From NCBI GenBank assembly GCA_963749495.1, contig CAVVMW010000001.1, positions 384,001-448,000 of the forward strand: DNA of 64,000 nucleotides. The letters are read 5' to 3'. Numbering within the stretch: the first letter of the stretch is position 1; the number at the start of each line of letters is the position of its first letter. This document shows positions 33,802 to 45,502 of the stretch, piece after piece. The position numbers and the translations under genes were made by a program. The stretch comes from an uncultured bacterium (lineage in GTDB: Bacteria > Verrucomicrobiota > Verrucomicrobiia > Limisphaerales > UBA8199). Below the pieces are notes generated by a model. It saw nothing but the letters and a program-made list of their open reading frames with translations, did not search any database and was not told where the DNA came from.

Positions 33802-34315
33802 ACCTGTTCCTCTCCGCGTATTCCGCGTATTCCGCGGTTCATTCTTCTTCGGAGCCTTGCCAGCCTCGCCGGCCATGAAAACCAATCTCATTTACCATCC
33901 AAATCGAGCGCATCGTGGCGGAGCGGGGGCGATACGGCTATGGCGACTGAGGGGGACCGCGGAATACGCGGAATACGCGGAAGACAAAGCCGCCCAGCGA
34001 ACCCGGGTGGGGATTGGCCGGCATTGCGCCGGCCCCGTTTCCTTGCGGTTGCATCCGCCTGGATACAATCATGGAAGGGAACAAACAACGCCTGCCTTGG
34101 TCTCTTCAACGGAGGTTACTTTTTTGTCTCGCGCCCAGATGCCGCTTGAGCCTTTTGACCTGTTGATCTTCAAAGAGACGGTGGCATCAAAGCTGCTTTG
34201 CTAACAATCGCTATGGAAAACGATCCGTCTCCGCCCAACGCGCCCACTGCGACGCGCGAAGCGTCCGCCGCTGAGAGCGAAAACCACAATTTGCTCGCGG
34301 AATCTCCACCGTCGG

Positions 34316-36457
34316 TTGCCGAAGGGCCGGAGAGCCGGCTTGTGGCGGGCTCAGGGGATGCTCCGTCAACGGGCGGCCAGGCATTCCTGGCCGATCGCCG
34401 AAAGCCGGCTGCAAGCCGGGCGCTCCAGCGATCGAGAAGCGCCTGCCACTGAGGCTGGGACAGCCCCCGAGACAGCGCACCCGGTTTTCCAGCGGGCGCT
34501 CGAAATCTTGCGCCGGGAAATGCCTCCCCCGGGCCAGGTCCAAAAGCCAACGTCCGAAGTCCAAAGTCCCGAATCGGCAATCCACGCGCCCCGGTCCGAA
34601 GGAGCCGCCACACTCCGGACTCCGCCCTCCGAGCTCCGCACTCAGATTATCCCCGCCCGGATGCTCAACGAGTTCGTCTATTGCCCGCGCCTGTTTTACT
34701 ACGAGTTTGTCGAGAGCGTCTTCGTGGAAAGCGCGGACACGTTGCGCGGCAAGGCGCTCCATCGCCGCGTGGATTGCGGCAAGGGCGATCTGCCGCCCGC
34801 AGCGGAGCAAGGGTCAGAGGCCAGAGTTCAGAAGGCGGAGAACGGCATCCCGCCGGGTGAGGCCCCCGCAACCCCCGGCCCTCAACCTGCAACAGGGGAA
34901 ATCATCCATTCTCGCTCCGTCCAGATGGGTTCAGACCGGCTGGGCGTGACGGCCAAGATGGATTTGGTCGAAGTGCGGGCGGGCACAGTGTCCGGCGAAC
35001 CGGGTGAGGCGGGCGGCTTGTTCTCCGCGCTGGAGGTCTGCCCGGTGGACTACAAGGCCGGCGCGCCGAAAGCTGGCGAGGATGGGAATGAACTTTGGGA
35101 CGCGGACCGGGTGCAGCTCGGCGTGCAGGCGCTCATCCTGCGAGACAACGGTTACACCTGCAACCAGGGCGTCATCTACTACCGCGAAACCAAGCAGCGG
35201 GTGCAGTTGCCCATCACGCCGGAATTGGCGTCTTGGGTCGAGGAACGCATCGGCGCAGCGCGGCAGGTGGCCACAGCCGCCATTCCCGCGCCGCTCGTCG
35301 CGTCGCCCAAGTGTCCGCGCTGCTCGCTGGTCAGCGTCTGCCTGCCGGACGAAACGCGTTTGCTGACGGCCCCCCAACCTCCACCCGTCCGCCGTCTCAT
35401 CGCGGCGCGCGACGATTCGCGGGCGCTCTACCTCAGCACCCAGGGCCTCCGCGTGGGCCGGAAGGACGAAGTCCTGCAAATCAAGCAGGAGAAGTCGGTG
35501 CTGGACGAGGTGCGCATCAACGACATCTCGCACGTTGCGCTATTTGGCAACATCCAGATCACCACCCAAGCCGTGCAGACGCTCTGCGAATTGGAAGTGC
35601 CGATAACCTATTTCTCGATGGGCGGCTGGTTCTACGGGCTGACACGCGGCCACGAGCTGAAGAACGTCTTTCTGCGCATTGAGCAATTCCGCTTGGCCCG
35701 CGACCCCGACACCGCCCTGCGGCTGGCGCGCCAATTCGTGCAGGGCAAAATCCGCAATCACCGGACCCTGCTGATGCGGAATCATGTCTCAGCGCCCCCC
35801 GCTACGCTCCTCAAGCTCAAGCAGTGTGCCGAAGCCGCCTCCCGTGCGGAGTCCATCGAATCCCTCCTGGGCGTGGAAGGTGGCGCGGCGGCGGCCTATT
35901 TCGAGCAGTTCGGCGGGATGATCAAGCCGGCGGACGAATTGGATGACCAACTGCCCGGCCTTGAAGTCCCGAGCCGGCACGTCTTCAACTTCAATTTCCA
36001 CGGCCGCAACCGCCGTCCGCCCACCGACCCGGTGAACGCGTTGCTTTCCCTCGCCTACAGCCTGCTGGCCAAGGACTGCCTGCTCGCCGCCCTCGCCGTC
36101 GGCTTCGATCCCTATGTGGGCTTCTACCATCAACCGCGCTTTGGCCGCCCCGCCCTCGCGCTGGACCTGATGGAGGAGTTCCGGCCGCTCGTGGCCGAGT
36201 CCGCCGTGCTGACGTGCATCAACAACCGCGTGGTGAGCGAAAGCGATTTCGTCCAGGCCGGCCAGGCCGTCAACCTGACCGCGGCCGGGCGCAAGCGGTT
36301 CTTTCAAACCTATGAGCAGCGCATAAGCGCCTTGCTCACGCACCCGCTCTTCGACTACAAAGTCGGCTACCGCCGCGCGCTGGAACTCCAGGCCCGCCTT
36401 CTGGCCAAAGTGCTCACGGGGGAAATCCCCGAATACGTTCCCCTCACCACTCGCTGA
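34316..36457 (+). CDS. cas1: Cas4-Cas1 fusion; true start uncertain (repeat-rich 5' region)
   Basis: MLNEFVYCPR, PVDYK, CPRCSLVSVCLP (Cas4); LLGVEG, RNRRPPTDPVNALLS, LALDLMEEFR (Cas1). Confidence 0.93.
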   Translation: MPKGRRAGLWRAQGMLRQRAARHSWPIAESRLQAGRSSDREAPATEAGTAPETAHPVFQRALEILRREMPPPGQVQKPTSEVQSPESAIHAPRSEGAATLRTPPSELRTQIIPARMLNEFVYCPRLFYYEFVESVFVESADTLRGKALHRRVDCGKGDLPPAAEQGSEARVQKAENGIPPGEAPATPGPQPATGEIIHSRSVQMGSDRLGVTAKMDLVEVRAGTVSGEPGEAGGLFSALEVCPVDYKAGAPKAGEDGNELWDADRVQLGVQALILRDNGYTCNQGVIYYRETKQRVQLPITPELASWVEERIGAARQVATAAIPAPLVASPKCPRCSLVSVCLPDETRLLTAPQPPPVRRLIAARDDSRALYLSTQGLRVGRKDEVLQIKQEKSVLDEVRINDISHVALFGNIQITTQAVQTLCELEVPITYFSMGGWFYGLTRGHELKNVFLRIEQFRLARDPDTALRLARQFVQGKIRNHRTLLMRNHVSAPPATLLKLKQCAEAASRAESIESLLGVEGGAAAAYFEQFGGMIKPADELDDQLPGLEVPSRHVFNFNFHGRNRRPPTDPVNALLSLAYSLLAKDCLLAALAVGFDPYVGFYHQPRFGRPALALDLMEEFRPLVAESAVLTCINNRVVSESDFVQAGQAVNLTAAGRKRFFQTYEQRISALLTHPLFDYKVGYRRALELQARLLAKVLTGEIPEYVPLTTR

Positions 36458-36487
36458 TTCTTCTCCCCCCCAACCCTCAACCCACCT

Positions 36488-36778
36488 GTGCGCACCACCT
36501 ACCTGGTTTGCTACGACATCACCGACGCCAAACGCCTTCGCCGGGTGTTCAAAGTCTGCAAGAACTATGGCGACCACCTTCAATTCTCCGTCTTCGAGTG
36601 CGACTTGAATCCGTCGGAGAAGGCCATGCTCGTGTCCGAACTGTCTGAAGTCATCAACCACACCGAAGACCAGGTGATCTTCGTGGTGCTTGGCCCCGCG
36701 GAGGGCCGCGGCGACCGCGTCATCACGGCGCTGGGCGTGCCTTACCTCAAGATGGAGTCGCCGTGCTATGCTTTCTGA
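36488..36778 (+). CDS. cas2: Cas2
   Basis: YLVCYDITDAKRLRRV..YGDHLQFSVFEC. Confidence 0.95.
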   Translation: MRTTYLVCYDITDAKRLRRVFKVCKNYGDHLQFSVFECDLNPSEKAMLVSELSEVINHTEDQVIFVVLGPAEGRGDRVITALGVPYLKMESPCYAF

Positions 36779-36980
36779 ACGGTTCTTTGACATATTAGCT
36801 CACGCGAGCGGCTTGGTGGCGGGGAAAAACCGCCGGGCGCTCGCGAAGTGCAACTCTGTATCTGGCAAGGGCTTGCCGACAACACTTCCCCGCAGCACTT
36901 GCCTGAGACGGAAGCTGAGGCCGGGGTGCTCGCATCTCGCTCTTGCGAAGCCCGTCCTTTGCGGACAGGATGAGGCCGCT
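36779..36980 (+). promoter_or_regulatory. CRISPR leader
   Basis: Non-coding interval between cas2 and the first repeat. Confidence 0.65.
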
Positions 36981-39900
36981 CATTCCGCGCTCAAGTGAGC
37001 GCGGCCCCGTTGAAGCCTCCGAGGCCGGCACACTGCCGCGTCTCGAAGAGGACATTCCGCGCTCAAGTGAGCGCGGCCCCGTTGAAGCACCAAAGATTTG
37101 TTCGATGCGTACGCGCCAAGGGCGCATTCCGCGCTCAAGTGAGCGCGGCCCCGTTGAAGCCCCTGGGAGGGCGCGAGCGACGCGCGGGTCAACCTGCATT
37201 CCGCGCTCAAGTGAGCGCGGCCCCGTTGAAGCGGTAATCGTGGCCGCCGCGTTGACGGCAGTTCGGTCATTCCGCGCTCAAGTGAGCGCGGCCCCGTTGA
37301 AGCCCGCCGGTCCAACCCGTAACCGAATCGCCGGCATGATCATTCCGCGCTCAAGTGAGCGCGGCCCCGTTGAAGCGCGTTGCATGGGGGGTCTGTCGTG
37401 TTGCGTGGTAGTGCATTCCGCGCTCAAGTGAGCGCGGCCCCGTTGAAGCACGGCGGGGCAGGACCTGGTTTTGCCTTATGAAACTACATTCCGCGCTCAA
37501 GTGAGCGCGGCCCCGTTGAAGCCCGCCAAGTGAAGGACCAGAAATAAATCGGCTCACCCATTCCGCGCTCAAGTGAGCGCGGCCCCGTTGAAGCGATGCT
37601 CTCATCGCGGGGATTTTAAACTAAGTTTAACATTCCGCGCTCAAGTGAGCGCGGCCCCGTTGAAGCTTCACCACGCCGGGGATTGGGGCGATATGATTTA
37701 CCATTCCGCGCTCAAGTGAGCGCGGCCCCGTTGAAGCCTGGTCGAGCGCCTGGGCCGCGTGCGGCGTGACGAGCCATTCCGCGCTCAAGTGAGCGCGGCC
37801 CCGTTGAAGCGACTCGGGCACATTCACCTTCGCCAGCGCCACGCTCCATTCCGCGCTCAAGTGAGCGCGGCCCCGTTGAAGCTAGATGTCAGCCTCGATC
37901 TCCGTGACTTGCGCGGCCACATTCCGCGCTCAAGTGAGCGCGGCCCCGTTGAAGCGAGGCGTACAGGTTGTTGTTGGTGACGATGAAGCCGCATTCCGCG
38001 CTCAAGTGAGCGCGGCCCCGTTGAAGCCGTCGTATTTGGCCTGCAATTGGGCCAGCGTTTCTTGCCATTCCGCGCTCAAGTGAGCGCGGCCCCGTTGAAG
38101 CCTGGCCAGCGACATGCTCAACCTGCGCAACGCCATGCATTCCGCGCTCAAGTGAGCGCGGCCCCGTTGAAGCGACTCGGGCACATTCACCTTCGCCAGC
38201 GCCACGCTCCATTCCGCGCTCAAGTGAGCGCGGCCCCGTTGAAGCGCGGCGGGCGCAACGGGCGCAACCGAAGTGGCGCCTGCATTCCGCGCTCAAGTGA
38301 GCGCGGCCCCGTTGAAGCCGGTCAATTGTGCCGTCACAGAGGATGACGTAGAGCATTCCGCGCTCAAGTGAGCGCGGCCCCGTTGAAGCTCATCTTTGCC
38401 AACCCGTGGGCCTCGGGCCTGCCAACATTCCGCGCTCAAGTGAGCGCGGCCCCGTTGAAGCAAACGCTACATGCACCTGCCGGACGAGGTTGTGAACATT
38501 CCGCGCTCAAGTGAGCGCGGCCCCGTTGAAGCCCGGGAGCGGCGATGGCCTCGACCGAGGGCATCGGGCATTCCGCGCTCAAGTGAGCGCGGCCCCGTTG
38601 AAGCAAGCCCTCGGTCACGGCCTGGCCGCCTTCCTCCCGCATTCCGCGCTCAAGTGAGCGCGGCCCCGTTGAAGCGTCAGCCGCGGCGTCCCCGAAAACG
38701 ACAAGATCCAGTCATTCCGCGCTCAAGTGAGCGCGGCCCCGTTGAAGCGCGAAGGCCATGTACCGCCCGATTGAACCCCGGCCCACATTCCGCGCTCAAG
38801 TGAGCGCGGCCCCGTTGAAGCCAGGGGGCAGGTATTTTGGCTGCGCACCCTCGCGTACATTCCGCGCTCAAGTGAGCGCGGCCCCGTTGAAGCCAGCAGT
38901 TGCCGGGCCTGCTGATAGAATTGCATGGCGCATTCCGCGCTCAAGTGAGCGCGGCCCCGTTGAAGCTCAGCACGTCGGCCTCAAGCGCCGCGCCGGTGAG
39001 GACATTCCGCGCTCAAGTGAGCGCGGCCCCGTTGAAGCTATGCCAACCGCAAGGTTCAGGGGCACTTTCCGGCGTCATTCCGCGCTCAAGTGAGCGCGGC
39101 CCCGTTGAAGCCCCACTCCATATATTGGACGTTGGTGAGGTTCAAGTCCATTCCGCGCTCAAGTGAGCGCGGCCCCGTTGAAGCCGCGTGATGCCCGCGC
39201 TGTGCAAGGAGGTCCTCGAGCGATTCCGCGCTCGAGTCGAGCGCGGCCCCGTTGAAGCGAGACCGAGGGAACGCAGCCGACAATGCCAGAAAGCCCATTC
39301 CGCGCTCAAGTGAGCGCGGCCCCGTTGAAGCCAGGCTCGCCTCCAGCGCGCTTCGGAGATCCTCGTAGAGCATTCCGCGCTCAAGTGAGCGCGGCCCCGT
39401 TGAAGCCAGCCCAGGCCGCTCGGTGCTCATCGCACCTGCGCGCATTCCGCGCTCAAGTGAGCGCGGCCCCGTTGAAGCGTCAATGCTGATTACTCCCGGT
39501 TGATTGACATGCGGCATTCCGCGCTCAAGTGAGCGCGGCCCCGTTGAAGCACGGCTACTGGCGCACCATGGCGACGCCGGAGATGGACATTCCGCGCTCA
39601 AGTGAGCGCGGCCCCGTTGAAGCTCGGCTTCCGCTTCCAGCGCAGCAGCCGCCGCCATCATTCCGCGCTCAAGTGAGCGCGGCCCCGTTGAAGCGAGGTA
39701 GAAGACGCCAACGCTGCTGCCGCTGCCGGTCATTCCGCGCTCAAGTGAGCGCGGTCCCGTTGAAGCCATCTGCGCTTTCACGGGCACGCTCACTCTTGAG
39801 TGCATTCCGCGCTCAAGTGAGCGCGGCCCCGTTGAAGCCACCAGGCGGCGGCGGCCCTGTTCCACTTCTCGTTCATTCCGCGCTCAAGTGAGCGCGGCCC

Positions 39901-40414
39901 CGTTGAAGCAGCGAGTGCAAGAGCCAGGAGGTGCCGGCCGCGGACATTCCGCGCTCAAGTGAGCGCGGCCCCGTTGAAGCTCGCTGAGTCCGACTGCTGG
40001 GATCAGAATGTTGAGCATTCCGCGCTCAAGTGAGCGCGGCCCCGTTGAAGCTGTTGCTGCTCGCGGAGAAGAGTCCCAGAGTCGTCACCATTCCGCGCTC
40101 AAGTGAGCGCGGCCCCGTTGAAGCCGGGTCGAGGTCCTGGACATTGAATCCGAGTTGCAACATTCCGCGCTCAAGTGAGCGCGGCCCCGTTGAAGCTCTC
40201 GTACCAAGTATTCGTGGAACTGAGAGGATTGGCATTCCGCGCTCAAGTGAGCGCGGCCCCGTTGAAGCCAGGCAACTCGTGGCTCATTTGGCGGCTGTGA
40301 TCTTCATTCCGCGCTCAAGTGAGCGCGGCCCCGTTGAAGCTCCTCCTCCTGAGATTTCTTCCAGGCAAGAATACATTGCATTCCGCGCTCAAGTGAGCGC
40401 GGCCCCGTTGAAGC
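36981..40414 (+). CRISPR. CRISPR array: 48 repeats, 47 spacers (35-39 nt)
   Basis: 36-nt repeat CATTCCGCGCTCAAGTGAGCGCGGCCCCGTTGAAGC, counted by hand; orientation inferred from leader position and TTGAAGC 3' end. Confidence 0.98.
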
Positions 40415-40534
40415 AGCGCATTTATTCGGAGCTGCGGTTGAGGGCGACTATCGGGGTCGCCCCCAAGCAAGTTGCCGGCCAAGATCGCCAGCGACCGTCA
40501 TCATGGGGGCGGTGGCCGGAGGGTCGCGGGCTTC

Positions 40535-41458
40535 TCATTTCAACGCAGCGCGGAGGGTCTCGATGTTTTGCTGCATGGCTTGGAGATAGTCGACGAGGGG
40601 GGACCGGTTGCCGCAGGTCCGGAACACGACGGGGCGGACGGCGCGTTTTTGCAGTTCGGCGCGGACCTCGGGCAAGGGCTCGTCTTCCCACAACATGAGA
40701 TTGGCCGGGTGCTGGGCGCGCAGGGTGTCGAAGGCCGTCCACTGGGCGGCAGGGACCGGTTCGTCGGGTTCCCAGTGGACACTGTGCAGGTCCCAGTGGT
40801 ACTCGCGCGCCAGGTATCCATAGACCGGGTGGGAGGCCAGGAGCGGTCGCCGGGCAAGGGTCTGGGAGAGCTCCCGGAGTTGGCGGTCGAGCGCCTCGAA
40901 ATCACGGCGCAGTTGCTGGCCGCGCCGGCGGAGTTCCGCCTCCGGCACCGCGGACAACTGCCGCAGCGCCGCTTCGACCGCCTCGGCCTGGCGGATGGCC
41001 AGCAACGGGTCCAGCCAGGTGTTGAAATCAATGTTTCCATGGCTGTGGGCGCCGTGCGGGCCGTGGCTGTGCGTGATCACCTCCGGGAACATGAGCCACT
41101 GGTCCTTGAATCCAGCCGCGGTGTCCACCAGCGCGTTCAGGGGCAGCGATGTCGTGTCCACCCACTTCTCGAAATCGGCGCCATTCAACAGGATCAGGTC
41201 CGCTCGCTGGTACTGGCGCACGACATGCTTCGAGGGCCGCCAGAATGCCGGGTCCTCGTTTGGCGGGGCGGGGAAAAGCACATCGACCCGGTCCTCGCCC
41301 AGGCGCTGAGCGATGTAGAATAACGGGTAGCTTGTTGCGTAGATCCGGCACCGGTGCGGCTTGGGAATGGATGCCTGGTTGGCCCCGGGCCGGCAACCCG
41401 GCACGGCAAGCAGCAACGCGCAGAGCAGGCCAAGGCTCCGAAGCAGCCCGACACCCAT
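40535..41458 (-). CDS. Metal ABC transporter substrate-binding protein (ZnuA-like)
   Basis: ADLILLNGADFEKW, His-rich HSHGPHGAHSH, TWLDP, HPVYGYL. Confidence 0.85.
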   Translation of the reverse strand: MGVGLLRSLGLLCALLLAVPGCRPGANQASIPKPHRCRIYATSYPLFYIAQRLGEDRVDVLFPAPPNEDPAFWRPSKHVVRQYQRADLILLNGADFEKWVDTTSLPLNALVDTAAGFKDQWLMFPEVITHSHGPHGAHSHGNIDFNTWLDPLLAIRQAEAVEAALRQLSAVPEAELRRRGQQLRRDFEALDRQLRELSQTLARRPLLASHPVYGYLAREYHWDLHSVHWEPDEPVPAAQWTAFDTLRAQHPANLMLWEDEPLPEVRAELQKRAVRPVVFRTCGNRSPLVDYLQAMQQNIETLRAALK

Positions 41459-41859
41459 CGGGCGAGTATCGAGTGGAGAGTGTCGAGTCAGCGCACAATG
41501 GGAGCCCCGGGTGCGATCAAAAGCGTCGGGACTGTGTCCCGGGAGTTTTGTCCCGGAGGGACATTTGAGAATAGCCCAACGTTTCAACGTTGGGATCCGG
41601 GCGAAGATGGGCAAAGTCCCGAAGGGACGGCTGAAATCCTCCGGCGTTTCAGCCGTCCCTTCGGGACTGGGGGTGCCGGCGCACCCAACCCAACGTTGAA
41701 ACGTTGGGCTATTGTCGGAAGCCCCTTCGGGGCAAAAAGGCGCCGTGGGATGACCGACAGTTTTAATCGCGCGACGGCCGCCCCTCGACACTCGCCCCTC
41801 GACACTCGCCCCTCGGCACTCGTGTCCGGCCGCTTTTGAACCGAGGTTTATCTCCCGTT

Positions 41860-43023
41860 TCACCATAATGACACCATGGCTATGGTGGCGGCCGCGCCCG
41901 CCAGCGCCAGCGCGAGGCTCACCGCGCCAATCGCGGCGAGTTCCGCCGCCACCCGTTTTGCCATCAGGCCGCGGGCGCAGCCCAATCGAAACAGGGTCTC
42001 CATTTCCGGCTGGCGCAGGCGCAACGACAGGAGCACCACCAAAAGCAGGAACAGCGCCGTCAATGCGCCCACCAGGGCGGCGTTGGCATCGAAGAACCGC
42101 TTGATGCGAAACACCAGGCCCAGCAATTCCTCGACCACCCCGGGCGCCGCCAGGATTTGCACGGTTGCCTCCGGCCCCTGATAGCGGCCGCGGAGCAATG
42201 TGGCCGACTTTTCGTCTTTGGGCACCGGGACGACGGCCGAGAGGGGGAAGTCGGCGGGATCGCCATGGAAATGAAAGCTCGAGATGCTCTGGGGCGTCAC
42301 CTCCGTGAACTCGACGAGCGCCGCGTTGGCGGCGACGTTCGTGGCGGCGCGCTCGAGCACCACCGAGGAGTCCGTGTTCGTGCCGGTGACGTCCGCATGG
42401 CCGTGAGCCAGGCCGCCAATCAGCCAGGTGGTCTTCAAATCCACGAAGACAGCGCGGTCGTCGGGTGTGCCGCCGGCTTCGAGCACACCCATCACGCGCA
42501 GCTTGACGGGGTAGGAGCCGGCGATGTCAAAGACGTTCTCAGGGTCGGTCATGAGCCGGTCCCCGGGCTCGAGCTTCAGGGAGGCCGCCACCTCGGCGCC
42601 AAGCACGCAGTCGCCCAATTCGAGCAGTTGCTCGCCGCGGGCCAACCGGAGCCCGCGGAAGGTGAAATAATCCAGCGTGGTGCCCACAATCGGCGCGTGA
42701 CGGGCGGTGTAGCGCACATACAACGGGATGGGCGCCGCGTAGCCCGTTGCCCGCATGGCCTCGACGTCCCCCATGCGCAGCAGGCGCGGGACACCCCCGC
42801 GGAAGTAGAGCGCGTGCAGGACCAGATCGAAGCGGCTGCCCAGACCGCCGGCGACCAGCGGCGTGCTCGAGGCGCGCGCGAGCAAACCCGTCTGGTAGCG
42901 GGCCACCAGGCCGTTGACCGTCAGCGGCAGGTACAAGGGGACCGCGAGGCCGACGATGAGAATGGCCGACTGGAGGCGGTTGAAGCGCAACGATTGCCAG
43001 GCGAGAAACCAGACGTGCTTCAT
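41860..43023 (-). CDS. ABC transporter permease (MacB/FtsX-like)
   Basis: N- and C-terminal TM segments around a periplasmic domain; operon context. Confidence 0.8.
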   Translation of the reverse strand: MKHVWFLAWQSLRFNRLQSAILIVGLAVPLYLPLTVNGLVARYQTGLLARASSTPLVAGGLGSRFDLVLHALYFRGGVPRLLRMGDVEAMRATGYAAPIPLYVRYTARHAPIVGTTLDYFTFRGLRLARGEQLLELGDCVLGAEVAASLKLEPGDRLMTDPENVFDIAGSYPVKLRVMGVLEAGGTPDDRAVFVDLKTTWLIGGLAHGHADVTGTNTDSSVVLERAATNVAANAALVEFTEVTPQSISSFHFHGDPADFPLSAVVPVPKDEKSATLLRGRYQGPEATVQILAAPGVVEELLGLVFRIKRFFDANAALVGALTALFLLLVVLLSLRLRQPEMETLFRLGCARGLMAKRVAAELAAIGAVSLALALAGAAATIAMVSLW

Positions 43024-43676
43024 CGCGACACCTCCGCAAGGTCAAAGGAATGGTCAAATCGGCCGAGGAGGCTGAGGTCGTGGGTGACCATCAGGAGGCT
43101 GGCCTGGGCGCGCGCGCATTGCTCGAACAAGACGTTGAGCACGCGCCTCTTGGCTGCCGGATCGAGGTTGCCGGTCGGTTCGTCGGCCAACAGGCAGCGC
43201 GGCTGCGTGATGAGCGCGCGGCAAAGGGCGGTGCGCTGCTTCTCGCCTTGGGACAGGCGTCCCGGGCGGTGGCGCAGCCGGGGTTCGAGGCCGGTCTCGC
43301 GCGCCAACTGCACGGCGCGCTCGCGGACGGCGCCGGTGAGGTTCAACGCCGGGTTGATCCGGAACGGGAGCAGGATGTTTTCGAGAACGTCGAGGAAGTC
43401 CAGCAGTTGGAAATCCTGGAAGACCAGCCCCAGGGTCGCGATGCGAAAGGCGCGCCGCCCCGCGTCGCTCAGCAGGGCCGGTTGGGTCTTGCCCACGGTG
43501 ATGGTTCCTGCATCCGGCAGGAGGATGCCGGCGACCAGGTGGAGCAGCGTCGTCTTGCCCGAACCGCTCGGGCCGACCAGGGCGACCTTCTGGCCGTCGG
43601 CCACGTCGAGCCGGGGCACCCGCAGCGTAAAGGTCGAGCGGCTGTAATGGAAGCTGAGTTGCTCGATGGCTATCAC
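43020..43676 (-). CDS. ABC transporter ATP-binding protein
   Basis: GPSGSGKTT, LSQGEKQR, LLADEPTGNLD. Confidence 0.9.
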   Translation of the reverse strand: MIAIEQLSFHYSRSTFTLRVPRLDVADGQKVALVGPSGSGKTTLLHLVAGILLPDAGTITVGKTQPALLSDAGRRAFRIATLGLVFQDFQLLDFLDVLENILLPFRINPALNLTGAVRERAVQLARETGLEPRLRHRPGRLSQGEKQRTALCRALITQPRCLLADEPTGNLDPAAKRRVLNVLFEQCARAQASLLMVTHDLSLLGRFDHSFDLAEVSR

Positions 43677-43678
43677 GT

Positions 43679-45270
43679 TCAGAATTTGCGCACGCTCAAT
43701 TGATAGCCAACGCGCTCCTGCTTGTCCACCTCGATACCGGTGATCTTCCAGGACTGGTCCCCGCGGCGGATGCGGAGCAGGGCCTCGTAGGCATTGATGC
43801 GCGTGTGGATGTGCCCCCAGTGCTCGACTGTGCCCGTGACGCGCCACTTGACGTTCGCGCTGTAGGAGCCCGGCCGCGAATCCGCGATGGTGCTGTCGAG
43901 GAGGCTCGACGCTCTGGACCTGCGAGACGGCGCCCCCCTGTTCCTGCATCAGCAAGCCCGCGTGTATCTTCAGGTAGGTCTCCGCGAGCAGCTCGCCTTC
44001 GACGCTGCGCGCCAAGGCATCATAAACGACCTTTTCATCCCGGTAATCAAAGGCGCGGTAGATATTTTTCAACAAGGTCTGGGCGATGCTCACGCGCGTC
44101 TTTTCATCGGGGTCTTTGGCCAGCACCGGGGCGATCTCGGGCAGCGGCGGCAGCCCGGGATTGTTCCAGGTGAACGTCGGTTGATAGCGGGTGAATCGAC
44201 ATCGCTTGGCGTCCTGGCCCGCGAACACCGCGGCGCGCGCGCTCGGGACCTGGGCGTTGAACAAATCCCAGGTGATGGCGACCTGGTTGGGCAGACCCTT
44301 GGTGCTGTAGGCAAGGATGACGCCCAGGCGCGCCGTCCACGCGCTCAACCGGCGCGGCTCGGCAGCCACGGCGAAGTCCTTGAAATCCACCCCGTAGAAA
44401 TCCAGCCGCCGCACGACCGGCCGCACTTCCAGGCCATCGATGACCACCTGGTTATGGCTGCCAAAGAATTCCTTCAGCGCCGGCAAGGCGGCCTGCTGTT
44501 CCGCCACTTCGAGGAAATTGCGATCTTTGCGCGGCATCTCCGTCCAGGTCTCCAACGTGAGCAAGGGCATCAGGATTTCGACGCGGACCTCCGCCGGCTC
44601 GACGTACAGGAAGGCGTAGATAGCGCCATAACTCTCGATGCCCATGTCGCCCGGGGCCTGACTCACCACCGTCTCGGAGTTGGTGCCGGCCTGGTCCTTG
44701 GGCAGGCCGGCCCCCGACCAGTCGAACTCAAACGTGTGAACGTCTCCCTCGCCGCTCAAGATAGCCGTCCGCGGGAGCGCGCTGCCGGCCTGGCGGACGG
44801 AAAGCTGCATGATCGACGGCAGGAATGTGCCGCTGCCGCTGCCGATTCGCTGTTGAAATGTGAGATACCCCGGCGGTTTGGCAACCGGGTAAGCCAAATG
44901 ATAGACGACCTTGGTCTGCATCAAGTCTTCCACCAATACGCCGCGCTCGGGTATCGCGGGCGGCTCAATGCTCTCGAGCTTGCCCGACAGGAGCTGTCCA
45001 TCCCGGTCGCGGATCATGAAATCCCGCAGCAAGAGGTCGGTGTGCCTCTTCATGCCTTCCTCGATGTTGGCCTTGGAGATGTAGTTGCTCTGGTTGACGG
45101 TATAGCCGTAGAGCATCACGAAGTCCTCACACATCACCTCGATGCGGGCGGCAACCTTGTCGCGGCCCACCTCGACGGCGCCGCTGGTGAGCGAGATCGG
45201 GTGCGCCCCGGTCTGTATCGCCGCCAGGCACCACAGGCAGAGGGCCACCAGCCACGTGTAACGGTTCAGG
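43679..45270 (-). CDS. Exported hypothetical protein in the metal ABC operon, frameshift ~43900
   Basis: Signal peptide then AHPIS; tail GTVEHWGHIHTRIN in another frame ends at TGA 43679-43681. Confidence 0.65.
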
Positions 45271-45502
45271 CGAACCTCCTTTCGCCTTTGTAAATGGACT
45301 GGAACCGTGAGCCGGATGGGCATGCCTGCCGCGCTTGCGTTTTGGACTGCGGCAGTCCTCTGCCGCTTTTTGAACCCAGGGGACGCGAAAGCGGCAGAAG
45401 ACTGCCGCAGTCCAAAACCTTCGGGCTGGCGGCGGTCCATGGGAAGGCCCTTGGTGCAGACCTGAGGTCTGCCCCACACCGGAACAGGCAGCGGGCGCGG
45501 GT

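Noticed and set aside
36981..40414. Self-targeting by main-array spacers
   Set aside because: No match within the window seen by eye; the search was not exhaustive and needs alignment
36795..40698. ORFs overlapping the CRISPR array
   Set aside because: They are translations of repeats and spacers (recurring IPRSSERGPVEA / FRAQVSAAPLK)
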